The notes under the pieces: model-generated
What the model saw: only the letters and a program-made list of their open reading frames with translations
Told to the model about the DNA's origin: nothing
Databases searched by the model: none
Program-made: the position numbers and the translations under genes
Shown: positions 22,635-35,800 of the stretch, one piece after another
Position numbering within the stretch: position 1 is the first letter of the stretch
Layout of the letters: each line of letters starts with the position of its first letter
Assembly: GCF_006345805.1 (NCBI RefSeq)
Contig: NC_042999.1
Span: 148,986,001 to 149,050,000, forward strand
Origin: Octopus sinensis
Lineage: Eukaryota
Reading direction: 5' to 3'
DNA length: 64,000 bases

Positions 22635-24880
22635 ATAAACCTCATTGTTGAGTAAAAATGTCTAATACAAATGTATCAAATAACAGTGTTAATGAGGCTG
22701 GAACCAAAGGTGAAAGCCTTTCAACTGGCAGGTGCCCTGTGGTCGAGCAGCACAGGCCCAGTCGTCATCTAGAAACTGCTTGTAAACAAAGCCAGAGGCA
22801 GAGAAGAAGGTGAGATAAGGAGGCAAACCGAACAGCAATTGAATGCTGGATCAGGAGTGAACCCAGTAGAACAGGATTCCGACAACAAATGAAAGTAAAA
22901 TGGAATAAAATAGGACTCTTCGAAATAAGTGGGAAGGTGAAGATAGTGCCCATTATTGTTGGATCCTTGGGAACAGTATCAGAAGGCATTAAGGGGAATA
23001 TAAAAGAAATTGGAATAGAGTGCCCAGTAGAACTGTTACAAAAGGTTTGCCTCCTTGGCATAGCCAGAATAATCAGGTAAGTATCAGATAGCTGAAAACA
23101 ACGGATAGCATAGTACTGCAGGACGCAGGTAGCAAGCCCACTATGAATGTAAAACTCCAGGAGCTCCAATAAAACCCGTAATAAAGAGAAATGATAATTA
23201 ACACTCATTGTGAGTTCTTTATAACTGAAACTAACAAGATTATTTGGGCTGCAGCTATGGTTGCTGCAGATAGAGTTGGATACAAAAGAAGAGAACAAAC
23301 AGAATGTAAAGAACCATTCTGGCGTAGACGAATTTGTGAGAAACAAACAAAGTTGAAAAAGATATTTAGGACAAGTTGATAGATTGAATAGAGGGGAATT
23401 GCATAACGAAAGCATAAGAATAATGCTGGAGAGAACATATAGAATAAGAAATAAAAGGTATGATGTGATACTGGAATAATTGAAATAAAGCAAAATTGGA
23501 AAGGTATAACTATAGAGCAAAATAATTCAGGCAAATCAGAAGAAACTGTTTCAGGAACTAAATGGGCAATTATTACACATAACAATGATACCAAATGCAG
23601 AGGAAAGCAGGGAATTTTGGAGAGGGGAACTGGGGACCAACTTGTAGAGCATAATGATGAAACAGAGTGGCTGCATGAAATCCAAGATAGGTTAAGAAAT
23701 ATAGAAGGCCAAGAAGACAAAGATAACTAGAGAAATGATAAAAAAGCAGTTAAAAATATTCCCAAATTGGAAGAGCCCAGGATCAGATAGAGTCCAAGGT
23801 TATTGGATGAAGAAGCTGAGAGGACTCCATGAAAGGATAGCACAACAGCTAGATGAGTGCTTGCAGAAAGGCACAGTACCCAGCTGGATGACAAAGGGAA
23901 AGACATTGTTGTGTGCCAAGGGTCCTGAAAAGGAGAATTTTGCATCCAACTTTAGGCCAATAACATGCTTTCTGCTAATATGGAAACTAATGTCAGGTGC
24001 TTTGGCTGGTGAACAGTATAGATACATGGAAAACAGTGGGCAGCTACCTATTAGAGATCCAAAAGAGGAGCCAGGGAACGAAGGATCAGCTCTTAATTGA
24101 TAATCTAATTATCAGGAACTGCAAGAGAAGACACATAAACCTGAGCATGGCATGGGTTGACTATTGTAAAGCATATGGTATGATACCACACTCCTGTATA
24201 ATAAGAACAAATGGAAATGTATGGAGTAGCAGAAAATATGAGAAGCCTTATATGGAATAGCATGAAATGCTGGAGAATGGAATTGACAGCAGAGAATCAA
24301 GTATTAGGAGAAATGAAAATCAAGAAAGGTATCTTCCAGGGAGACAGTGTGTTCTCACTGATCTTCATGCTGGGAATGATCCCCTTGAGTGAAATCCTAC
24401 AGAAAACAAAGTTGAGGCATGATCTGGGAAGAGGTAAGGGAAACTGAACCCCTTGCTATTCATGGATGACCTAAAATTATTCACAAAAGCTGAGGTAGAA
24501 CCAGACAACCTAGTCCAGTCTGTGTGGATTTTCTACAATGATATTAAGATGGAGTTTTGACTCTCAAAATGTGCTATGATGGCGATGAAACAAGGTAAGC
24601 TTTTCAGAACAGAAGGCATATGGTTGCCAAGTGGTAAAATGATGAAGGCAATTCAACCTCAATCCAGCTATAAATACTTGGGAATACTTGAAGCAGATGG
24701 AATCAAACACAACGGCATGAAGGAAAAGACAAAAAGAGAGTACCTATGGCGAGTGAGAAAAATATTGGCTTCAAAGCTAAATGTCAGGAACATAATTTTG
24801 GCAATAAAATTGTGCAGTTACAGTAGTTCAGTATGGCACTGGAATCCTCAAGTGGACAGAGGACGAACTAAAGGAGTGCT
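22635..24880 (+). mobile_element. R4/Dong-clade non-LTR retrotransposon remnants, segments out of order
   Basis: [56 protein letters not shown] and YKYLGILE motifs; C-terminal VPIIVGSLG..LQKVCLLGIARIIR. Preceded by (TAA)n. Confidence 0.9.
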
Positions 24881-25120
24881 TGGTGTACCCTTGTCAGATG
24901 GGTAGTATATTGGGCTTCATATATTTGCACCTCAGTCACTTTGATGGCATGTGCTGCTCTGTCATTCAATAACACATAACATTTTGAAAATGGTGAATAC
25001 CATCAGTTTTTTTACATAAAGTAAATTCTTATTCAATTTCATTAAAGCAGGGTTTATCTCATGGAACCCCAGATTTATTTTATGGAATTCTGGGACTACT
25101 TGGCATCCACTTTTGGAACA

Positions 25121-25561
25121 TTAACCCTTTAGCATTCAGATTGGAATAATAATAGAAGGGTCAGTACAAGGACAACGCTTGTTGAGAAGCAAGTGATATT
25201 TCACTCAGTCCTTATATTGATTTTACTTGCCTGGTTGTTACAGTTCTTATTGAGATGAGGATCCATCGGGTTGGAACCACCCCTGTGCGCCATTGACGAC
25301 AATAGTAACACCATCTCATCAGCAGGAAGGTAAAATAATGGCTTGTCAACTTCTTCAAGAAGCTGTGAATACGAACCTTTTATTCATATTGTTTCGAATT
25401 AATCCTACATTATCTGTGGCTTTGAGATTTCAATGATGTGATTGCTTATTTTCAGAATAACATTGTAAGGTAAGTGAGAGAAGCCAGATCTAGCCAGTTT
25501 GAGAATAAAACAAATAGAATATTCTGGCCAGATATGGCCGGTTTAAACGCTAAAGGGTTAA
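25121..25561. mobile_element. piggyBac-type MITE (TTAA target site) carrying a captured exon copy
   Basis: TTAA|CCCTTTAGC...GCTAAAGGG|TTAA. The body matches the uninterrupted family copy at 60897-61124 except for a ~240-bp insert. Confidence 0.85.
25231..25362 (-). CDS. Candidate duplicated exon inside a MITE
   Basis: Paralogue of 25647-25801 with an open frame: LLEEVDKPLFYLPADEMVLLLSSMAHRGGSNPMDPHLNKNCNNQ. Possible acceptor tattcacag|; donor is either GC (cag|gcaagt) or a GT 4 nt further on. Confidence 0.4.
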
Positions 25562-25646
25562 TAATTACTGGAATAATAATAGAAGAGGACAACACTTGTT
25601 GAGAAGCAAGCAATATTTCACTCGGTTTTATATTGATTTTACTTAC

Positions 25647-25801
25647 CTGGTTGTTACAGTTCTTATTGAGATGAGGATCCATCGGGTTGGAACCACCCCG
25701 GTGCGCCATTGACGACAATAGAAATACTATCTCGTCAGCAGGTTGGTAAAATAATGGCTTCTCAACTTCTTCAAGAAGCTGTGAATATGAACCTTTTACT
25801 T
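25647..25801 (-). CDS. DIS3L2: Candidate N-terminal DIS3L2 exon (original copy of the duplicated exon)
   Basis: gtttgttccacag|AA...CAG|gtaagt, 155 nt, open, phase 1->0. (E)VKGSYSQLLEEVEKPLFYQPADEIVFLLSSMAHRGGSNPMDPHLNKNCNNQ. Assignment to DIS3L2 is by position and strand only. Confidence 0.55.
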
Positions 25802-27474
25802 CTGTGGAACAAACAAATACTAGATAGAAAATTGCTCATGAAGAATGTAGATGATGTTGGATGACATTCACATGGAAACAAAAATAATTTAAATGCTAAT
25901 AAAATCACTAGAATTTGAAAAGACAAAACAAATGTCAGACTGTGTCTGCAAGAAACAGTACATTTAGCAGCAGCAGCAGCAATAAAGATGATATATAATG
26001 ATTGAGGTATGTTAGCAGACTGTGAGGAGAAGAAATATCAAACAGAAAATGAGTTTTATCACACCACACCAGCTTAAAAAAAGGGAAAGGCATAAAATAA
26101 TGTAATTCTAGATGCATCTATAAAGACAGGGTGATAATAACTGCATCATGAGTCAACTTAATCAGGGTTGGCCTAGGGTTAAACAAAAACATTCAAATGT
26201 TTAAAATAAATGAATATGAATTCAGTTATTTTCTATTATAAATGATACTATTTTCCTGCACCAACCAATGTACAATATTGTACATTTCCTTAATAATTCT
26301 TTCATCCCTACTGCAACAATTATTGCAAGGTCTATGGTTCATTAATGAAGTCAGAATAAGACTCAATATGTCTGGAGTTATTTCCTCTTATTTGTCAGCA
26401 AGAATTATATTAGTCATTGAATAATATGCTGTTTTATTCTCTCATTTCTTTTAAATGCTCTATACATCAAACAGCTACATACACACACACGCATACATTG
26501 ATAGATACATAGAAAAATATATTCATCACAAGGTCTGGCCTTTGTACAGTGGTAGCTTATGTGTGTGAATGACCCTAAGAGCAATGCCAGTAGGGCCTTC
26601 CATGACGGTCAGGTCCAAGGATAGAGGCTAGACAAATAGGCAGCATGTCTCCCCAGAAGTAAAAGTCAAGTTTGCACAGGGCCAACAACCCTACCTTGAA
26701 AATATCAAAGTTACAGAAGCATTGATTATAATCCAAAACCAACTCAAGAGAGGATAACCTAGAGCCAAGAACAGTGGAGAAAAGTCATTAATGGTCTATG
26801 TTCCATAGGGAACAAGGGCTTAAGTAATATATATGTGTGTGTATATATATATCATTATCATCATCATCGTTTAACATCCGCTTTCCATGCTAGCATGGGT
26901 TGGACGATTTTGACTGAGGGCTGGTGAACCAGATGGCTGCACTAGGCCGCAATCTTGATCTGGCAGAGTTTCTACAGCTGGATGCCCTTCCTAACGCCAA
27001 CCACTCTGAGAGTGTAGTGGGTGCTTTTTACGTGCCACCAGCACGGGGGCCAGTCAGGTGGTACTGGCAATGACCTCGCTCGAATCTTTTTACGCATGCC
27101 ACTGGCACAGGTGCCAGTACGCGACGTTGGTAATATATATACACACACACACACATACACGTAACATATGGTATAATTATAAATAGGGCAAATTTTAGCC
27201 ATTTCTCCGCAGACTGGAAAAATGATGAACAACGTTAATCAATTTTCAAACCTTATTGGGTTCTCATCATAAGCATCCACATTATTTTGACAATCTCCAG
27301 AGAAACAAGCAGCCAAACTGTTTATATACTCAACAAATGCAGCAGTTACTCTATGAAGGAGTCCCTAATTTGCATACCAAAAGTGTTTAACACACTATCA
27401 ATACCAGCAGCCTGTCAACGGGGATCTTAGTCCACACAGTATCAAGGTATGATATAATATATACGTAATATACA

Positions 27475-27518
<44 letters not shown>

Positions 27519-27904
27519 ACGAAGAGTTGAGATATATTCACATCCAAAACTTTTTATCAAAAAAGGTTTCTACAAGCATACATAATAATGACCAACATAT
27601 GTTTCAATTGCAGCAACTACATATTGCTCTGTATGCAATAATGCATCCTAGTCACTGTAATTTCATCAAGGGTCCATTACTTATGATGTTTGCAAAGTGA
27701 ACTAATTCAAACAAACTTCCTGTGTTGGTATTCAGCTGAAAGTGATAGCATTACTTTTTAAATCAAATTGAATTCTGGTCTTATAATCACCTCTACTGGT
27801 ATTACAGTGGAATCATGGTTTATAAAATGTTCGTTCATATTACAATCAATTGTAGTAGTTTTACTTAGTAGTAGTAGTACATGTACTGCCAAAGCGGAAA
27901 GTGT

Positions 27905-28220
27905 AACCTCTCAAAAGAGCTGTTCTTCACTCCTGCTCCAGAGCGTCGGCTGCGGGGTCACTCCAAAAAGCTCTATCTGCGACGATTTCATCTCAATCAA
28001 AGGAGAGGGGCTTTCTCCGTCCGGGTTGCGGATCCGTAGAATAAGCTGCCGGACGAGATAGTGAAGATGCCGACGACCGCTCGGTTCAAAGTCTCCCTTG
28101 ACCACAAATGGCCTGAACTCTTTGCATGAACACCACCCTGTACATAACTCCATGTCCCCCTACATGGCCTTGCTTTTTGCTTTTTGAGCCAAAAAATTAA
28201 ATCAACTTAACTTACTTACA
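27905..28220 (+). mobile_element. 5'-truncated CR1 LINE 3' end
   Basis: PERRLRGHSKKLYLRRFHLNQRRGAFSVRVADP*NKLPDEIV..FKVSLD..W; the tail is a short aactt/actt repeat. Confidence 0.8.
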
Positions 28221-28316
28221 TTTTACTGTATGGAGTGCATTATTTATTCAGAGGTAAATCACTTATGTTGGGGTTTATACCCTCAGTTATTATTATTATT
28301 ATTACAAAGACAAACC

Positions 28317-28349
<33 letters not shown>

Positions 28350-30919
28350 TTAAAATGAGGGTGAAAAATTGGATATTAATTTGATAACATCAATTTTAAC
28401 ACCAGTGGTCTAGCATATAAAAAAAACTGAGATTCAGTAAATAGTATTATATACATAAATATAAGTGGGAATTTTTTTACCACTATGTGGAAACCCTTAT
28501 GCTAGAAGAAGATCTGCTATAGTCTTAACCACTAAAAATTGTTCTCTAGAGAACAATTCTTAGTAGTTATCAAACCTATATATATATATATAGGTTTGAT
28601 AAGTGCCAATGCAGGAAATCATGGTCCTCGGTCACTCTTTGCTTCTGCTAAATATTAATAATAAAAAAAATATATGAATGAATATATATGTAATTTGCCT
28701 CTTAAAATTGTGAGCAGTGAAACCTGTACAATTATACTGAGTTTCAAATATACTAAGTTTCAATTAAGCAGAGGTTTGTAACTAGATGCAAGGAAAATTC
28801 CAGTTATTTATCAATATGATAGCTGTTGAGTTGTTATTAAGTACAACCACCTGTTGTGCTAAAATTACAGACATAATCCCCATGTTATGGGCTCCTGTGA
28901 AGATCAAAACATACATAGTTATGACAAGATCAGGACTACCCCTTAGACACTAACAGCACTTCAATAAAGGATACAACAGCATTGGTAACTATCAATTTGG
29001 CATTGATAGTTTAAGAATTTAGAGAGATGCCTGAATTGCGACAATCCAGATAAGATTCACAGATATCAATCAACAATAGTGCCTTGATATATGAGTTAAT
29101 ATATGAGGCTGCTTGTAAAGTAAAAACCCATAAAGCAGAGCAATAATTTCCCATAGTAGCAATGTTATAAGTCGTAATTTGTTCCCAGAAAAATATTTTA
29201 CCTATGAAATTTATAATGCTCGTAAATAAATGGCAATAAAATAACAGTAGAATGCAAAGTAAAATAATGTCAAGATCAATTATAATAAAAATAATATTAT
29301 AATTGTTTTCACTTGGACTAGACCTGTGCACACCATCGCTTATAGACGTGATTGTTGATTCACAAGCACTCAGAGACAGACTTATAGATTTATTTTTAAC
29401 ATAAAAAAATAAGTCAAGAGTTGTTTACTTAGAAGAAGCTATTTTTCACCCTCTTTAAATTTCTTAGTAACATGCAGAAGCACTTGTTATAGTAGTAGAA
29501 ACGTTTGCACTTCATTCAAAATTTGGATCTTGAGCTTGAAAAATTTCCATTTATCTAAATGTTGAAATGCTTCTGCAAGTCCTTTCAAATATATGGCATG
29601 AAGAATTAGCTTATAATAATCTCTCTCAACAAAGCACACTTTCAAAATAAGACATTGAAATTTTCTGCCGTCATTTTACTCCGTTGCTATATGCAGCTGT
29701 GTGGACACGTCAGAACCAGTGTTGCTACAAATACTAAATGACTGTTTGACCTTTTTATATTTATTATAAAATAAAACTCCTAAAGCTGATGTCTCATAAA
29801 GCAAGTCCTCATAAAGTGAGGCATTACTGTATATAAATATCAATTATTACTAGCAACGACTAAGGTGGCAAGCTAGCAGAATCGTTGGAGCACTGGACAA
29901 AATGCTTAGTGGTATTTTGCCTGTCGCTACGTTCTGAGTTCAAATTCCACTGAGGTCCACTTTGCCTTTCATCCTTTCAGGGTTGATAAAATAAGAACCA
30001 GTTGAACATTGGGGTAGAATGTAATTGACTCATTCCCTCCCTGCAAATTGCTGCCCTTGTGGCAAAATTTAAAACCATTCTTAGCAAAGACCCAACTGAT
30101 AATAGCTACAGTAGTAAATTGAAGAACATTTTTAATGCGAAGGCAGTGGGTTGGCAAAATCACAAGAACATCAGACAAAATGCCTTGCAATATTTAGTTG
30201 TATTAGTCTGTGTTCTGAGTTCAAATCCTGCCACAGTCAACTTTGACTTTCATCCCTCCTGGGTTAATAAAACTAATAAGTAGCAGTCATTTACTGGGGG
30301 CAAGGGAATCAACTCCCCACTCCCCTGAAAACTGATAGCCTTGTGCCTAACTCAGAATCAAAAGTTGGTGAGCAAGCAGTGTATGTTCCAGATCTTTACA
30401 TTCTAAGTTCAATTCCTGCCAAGGTCAATACTGCCTTTTATCTCACCAGGATCAACAAAATCAAGCACCAGGTTTGGACTGAGGCCAATGGCATTGACTA
30501 ACAAACTCCTTTCAAAATTACTGGTTTCTTTCTGCCTAAATAACAATTATTATTATTATATGTTTGACTTTTGCTTTGTATTTGTACAAGTTGGCTCCAA
30601 GTTTCACCCAGAAACTTTAAGAGACAAATTAGAAGTTCATGTTGGTGTTATGCCTAGGGTGTCATATATTTGGTTTTGCACATAGTATTGTTCTAGAGAA
30701 TATTTCAGAAAACATAAGAAAATTATAAGATTTGTTTTAAAATTTGAGATTACATAGCCAGTATTTTATGTAGGTTATTATTATTATTATTATTATTATA
30801 GATGTTACACAGTATACAATATCATGAGGTTGTTGATAGAAGATATTATGTCTACTGGGGGTTTGTATTGTCTGTCAAATCACAACAAAGACCTCAGATT
30901 ATTATTATTATTATTATGT

Positions 30920-31130
30920 CAGGGTGTATGGCCTAGTTGTTAGGGTGTTGCATTAATTATCGCAAAATTAGTTTCAATTCCTCGATCAAGTGGTGTATTG
31001 TGTTCTTGAGCAAAACACTTCATCTCATGTTGCTCTGCGACCATTTTGACACCTGATGCAAAGTACACTGTACACCTGTTCAGGCAATGTCAATTTGATG
31101 GCAGGATAGAGCTTAATGTGCAGCACACCC
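30920..31130 (+). mobile_element. tRNA-derived SINE, third family (also near 6300 head only, 35155-35400 and 59160)
   Basis: tggcctagttgttagggtgttg head plus ttcttgagcaaaacacttcatctca core shared between copies. Confidence 0.6.
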
Positions 31131-32641
31131 ATTCTATCATACTTTAAATTCTCATCTCCTAGAATAAAGTTGTCTCCCTTCCTACTGTAGCCACACTCAG
31201 TTGAAGGAGATCTTAGTCTTGCAAGCTACATGGTGATCTCTCTAGAGCTGGTCCCATAAAATAAAAGCACCCAGTACACTCTGTAAAGTGGCTGGCATTA
31301 GTAAGAGCATCTAGCTATAGAAACCATGTCAAAGCAGATAGAACTTGGCACAGAAGGCAGACCTTAGAACTGTTGGGTCCTGTTAAACTCTGCAACCCAT
31401 GCTAGCATGGAACATGGATATTAAAAGATGGGATGACGAAAATGATGGCGATGCTCTCCATCAAGTTATATAATCTTAGTGAATACCTTTTGCGAGATGT
31501 TGGCAGCTCTAAAAAGTGCTAGTTTCTGTAAAGAATATTAGGTATTATATTTAGATTTCGATTTAATGTTGATTGAAATCGATCAACATCAATGGAAATT
31601 GTAGCTATGATACCAGTGCCGGTGGCACGTAAACGAACCATCCGAACGTGACCATTGCCAGCACCGCCCCAACGGGCCCCCATGCCAGTGGCACATAAAA
31701 AGCACCATCCGATCATGGCTGTTGCCAGCCTCGCCTGGCTCCCATGCCGGTGGCACCTAAAGAGCACCATCCGACTGTGGCCATTTGCCAGCCTCGTCTG
31801 GCACCTGTGCCGGTGGCACGTAAAAAGCACCCACTACACTCACGGAATGGTTGGCGTTAAGAAGGGCATCCAGCTGTAGAAACATTGCCAGATCAGACTG
31901 GGCCTGGTGCAGCCTTCTGGCTTCCCAGACCCCAGTTGAACCGTCCAACCCATACTAGCATGGAAAGCGGATGCTAAATGATGATGATGATTTAGAATTT
32001 TGGTGTTAGGAATAGAGCCAGAGGTATCCCACTACTTATTTAGACAAGTATTTATTTTATCAATCTTCATCAAATGGCTGAGTAACCCTTGTATATAAAG
32101 AGCTGTGATCCACTACACCATTTAAAACTGTTATGCAGAAACACATACAATAAATGCTTCTGTACAGTTTCAGGCTACCAAATTCTATTAACAAGGAATT
32201 AATGAACCTAAGGTTAGAATGGAAGACACTAGCTCAAAGTGCTGTGCAGTGGGTTCAAACCTCAAATCACATTGTGGTAAAGTAAACATCTTTACTTTTT
32301 TATACAAAACAACAAACATGTAACCATCTTGTCTTAATGTAATATTTTGGTCTACATTGTCTGTGTCCTTAGATGACAGAATGTGATTTGAAGAAAATTT
32401 GATTGTTATTTTTAACAGGTTAACTGAGCATGTTGAGGCTACTTCACTGGCTTGAACTGAGAGAATATGTAAAAGGTCTTTCACTGGCTTGCTATTTGTA
32501 ATTATTTGAAGTGAAATAGAAACTTTCTATTATACTTTTTAGGAAAAGAAGCCGAATGTTCTGTCTCATTGGTATCACACACCTCCCCCATAATCTTCAC
32601 AAACCAAAAATAAGTTCTGGAAACTTAGTTTTTTTTTCAAT

Positions 32642-32871
32642 TTAACCCTTGTGTTACCAACCCGGCTGAAACCGGCTTTGGCTTTGTAGTACAAATGTTT
32701 TGTTTTTAAAAGTTCTAAATTAAAATCTTCCACCAAACCTTTAGTCACGATTTATGTTCCTAACACTATCTTAATTATAACTAAGTTATTTTACTAAATA
32801 CTTTGTTATACTTAGAATAATTGAAAGAAACACAGAGCATCTCAAAATAAATACAGTAACGAAAGTGTTAA
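32642..32871. mobile_element. piggyBac-type MITE family 2 (also 34104-34566, 43644-44252, 44276-44473, 53274-53502)
   Basis: TTAA|CCCTT(T)TGTTAC...GTAACGAAAG(G/T)G|TTAA; the ~230-bp body is shared among copies. Confidence 0.8.
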
Positions 32872-35800
32872 TATAGATTAATATTGTGCTCTGTAGAGAC
32901 AAATGTTTGTTTTTACTGACAACCATAATATCCTTTCTACTTAAGGCACAAGGCCTGAAATTTTGGGGGACGGAGGTTAGTTGATTATACTCACCCTAGT
33001 GCTTAACTGGTACTTATTTCATTGACCCCGAAAGGATGAAAGACAAAGTCGACCGTGGCAGAATTTGAACTCCAAACAAAGATAAATGAAATGCTGCTAA
33101 ACATTTTGTCCGATGCGCTAACAATTCTGCCAGCTTGCTGCCTTATCTACAAGCACAATATCAAAATACATATTCTGTGACTAAGTCTATTTAAGGCTCT
33201 ATAAAAGTGCAACTCATCATTTATCATCATCATCATTTGATGTCCGTTATACATGCCGGCATGGGTTGGATGGTTTGACCGGGCTGGCACACTAGAAGGC
33301 TGCACCAGACTCCAGTCTGATTTGGCATGGTTTTCTATGACTGGAAGCCCTTCCGAATGCCAACCAATCTGAGAGTGTTTTATTATCCATTCATTTGTTA
33401 GGCAGTGAGCTGGTAGAAGTGTTAGCATGCCAGACAAAATGCTTGGCAACATTTCTTTTGGCTTTACATTCTGAGTTCAAATTCCTCCGAGGTTGACTCT
33501 GCCTTTCATCCTTTCAGGGTTGTGAGCACTGGGGGTTGATGTAACTGACTAACCCTGCCAAAAAAGTGCTGGCATTGTGCCAAAATTAGAAAACATTATT
33601 CATTCATTTGTTATATGTCTGTTTTTCCGTGATGGCATGGGTTAGATGAATGTGTTATTTAAGGCATTCTTTCACAGTTGAATGTTTTCCTGACACTAAG
33701 TCTTATCTCCATTTTAAATAAGAGACTTTTCAAGTAAGAAAGTTATAAACATTAAAACTGGCTCCTGTGCCGGTGGCATATAAAAAGCACCATCGAAATG
33801 TGGCCAGTGCCAATGCACTCTGACTGGTTCCCGTGTTGATGGCACGTAAAAAGCACTATCCGAACGTGATCAATGCCAGGCCCGCCTAACTGGCTCCTGT
33901 GCTGGTGGCATGTAAAAAGCACCCACAACACTCTTGGAGTGGTTGGCATTAGGAAGGGCATCCAACTATAGAAACATTGCCAGATCAAATTGGAGCCTGG
34001 TGCAGCTGCTGGCTTTCCAGGCCTCAGTCAAACCATGCCAGAATGGAAAATGGACGTTGAACGATGATGATGGTGGTAGTGATGGAAATAAATAAGTGCT
34101 AGGTTAACCCTTTCGATACTATATTTCTGTTGAAATAAACTGCTTTTATTTTAATTAATTTTGAAAATAATGAAGAATTTACTAAGCGGTCGAAAAAAAA
34201 AAAGAAAGAACATCAGAGATGCTTTACCCCACACAGAAACTACAGAAGCTACTCAGAGGTTTTGCAAGCTCTTCTAAATCTATTGCAATGCTGGAAAGCC
34301 TTCTGTATCGTCAGCTGGTACCTCAGGGTCACAAGCATTTCATCCCTTAGCTTGTAAGCTTCACCTGAGTCGGGCAGCGAGGAGTGAGCTGGTCTTCACC
34401 TACAGAACAATTTCACTCGCAGTCTCTTACCATCATTAAGCTGGTGCTTGGAACATTTACTAACATGAAGTTTTGATAGAAGGTTTTAATTTAAATCACT
34501 TTAAACAATAAGTTTCCATTATAGAAGCAAGAGTCTTCTCAGGTCAGTAGGTGCCAAGGGGGTTGAATGGGTTGAGATATTTAGTTACTCCCACTTTACA
34601 ACTTAAGTTCAAATTCCACTGTGGATAGCTTTGTATTTAATTTGGTGGTGGTGGTGGAGGGGAATTTATCTGATTGTATTTTATTCTGAGGCCAACTTTA
34701 CCTTCTGTCATTTCCAGGTCAAGGGTCAATGTAATCACCCTTGCCAGTACAAGAAAGGGTTATTATAATTCTTATTTCTTTACTGCCCACAAGGGGCTAA
34801 ACACAGAGAGGACAAAGAAGGACAGACAAATGGATTAAGTCGATTATACCGACCCCAGTGCGTAACTGGTACTTATTTAATTGACCACAAAAGGATGAAA
34901 GGCAAAGTTGACCTTGGCGGAATTTGAACTCAGAACGTAGCAGCAGACGAAATACTGTTAAGCATTTCCCTCCAGCATGCTAACGTTTCTGCCAGCTTGC
35001 CGCCTTATATTATAATTCTGTTGAGGTCAACCTTGCCGTTTATCCTTTCCAGGTCAGTAAAATAAGTAACAGTTGAACACTGGGGTTGGTGTAATCAACT
35101 ATCCCCTTCCCGCTAAATTTACTGGTTTTGTGCCAAAAATTATTATTTTTGCACCCTAACCACTAGGCCACGTGCCTTAGTCCAGGTGGTACATTGTGTT
35201 CTTGAGCAAAACACTTCATCTCACATTACTCTGCAATCACTTCCACACCTGACGCGTGGTACACTGTGCACCTGATTAGGCAACATTGATTTGATGGAGA
35301 GAGGGAGTTAATGAGCAGCATGAATATTTGATCGTTATAAACAAATCATTTGTGCAGGTTGTTTCACAAAAGCTGAGCACTCACATGTCATCTGTGATGG
35401 GAAAGTCCATTGTAATTATTACATATTAATTACTTACTTATATCCTGTTACCAATCTAAGAAATACAGGATTTATACTGCATCAGGTGATTCTTTAATAG
35501 GTCTCCAGTGATATTAAATGATTAAAAATAACAATTAAAAATTTAGTAAAAGTTGTATCTATTGGATATAGTGAACAATAATTGTGCAGCAATAATATAA
35601 TACAGAAAGATAGTAGGACAGTTTAGTAAGTAATACAATACAATTAAATTTCTGTATTATATATCACACTAGCTGGTCCTGTGCCATAAAAAAATGATGG
35701 CTAATTGTAGTGTTTTATATACAAATATGGTGCAAAATAATCACAGATATAAACATTCACATACTTGTACATGCACACAAATACACAGGTATACTCACAC

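Noticed and set aside
22765-23720. 251-aa and 171-aa minus-strand ORFs
   Set aside because: Antisense shadows of the A-rich R4/Dong coding strand.
27911-28153. 80-aa GC-rich minus-strand ORF
   Set aside because: Antisense of the CR1 3' end on the plus strand.
28600-29830. Possible degenerate Charlie-type hAT transposase
   Set aside because: Only vague motif resemblance with stops in all frames; termini not found.
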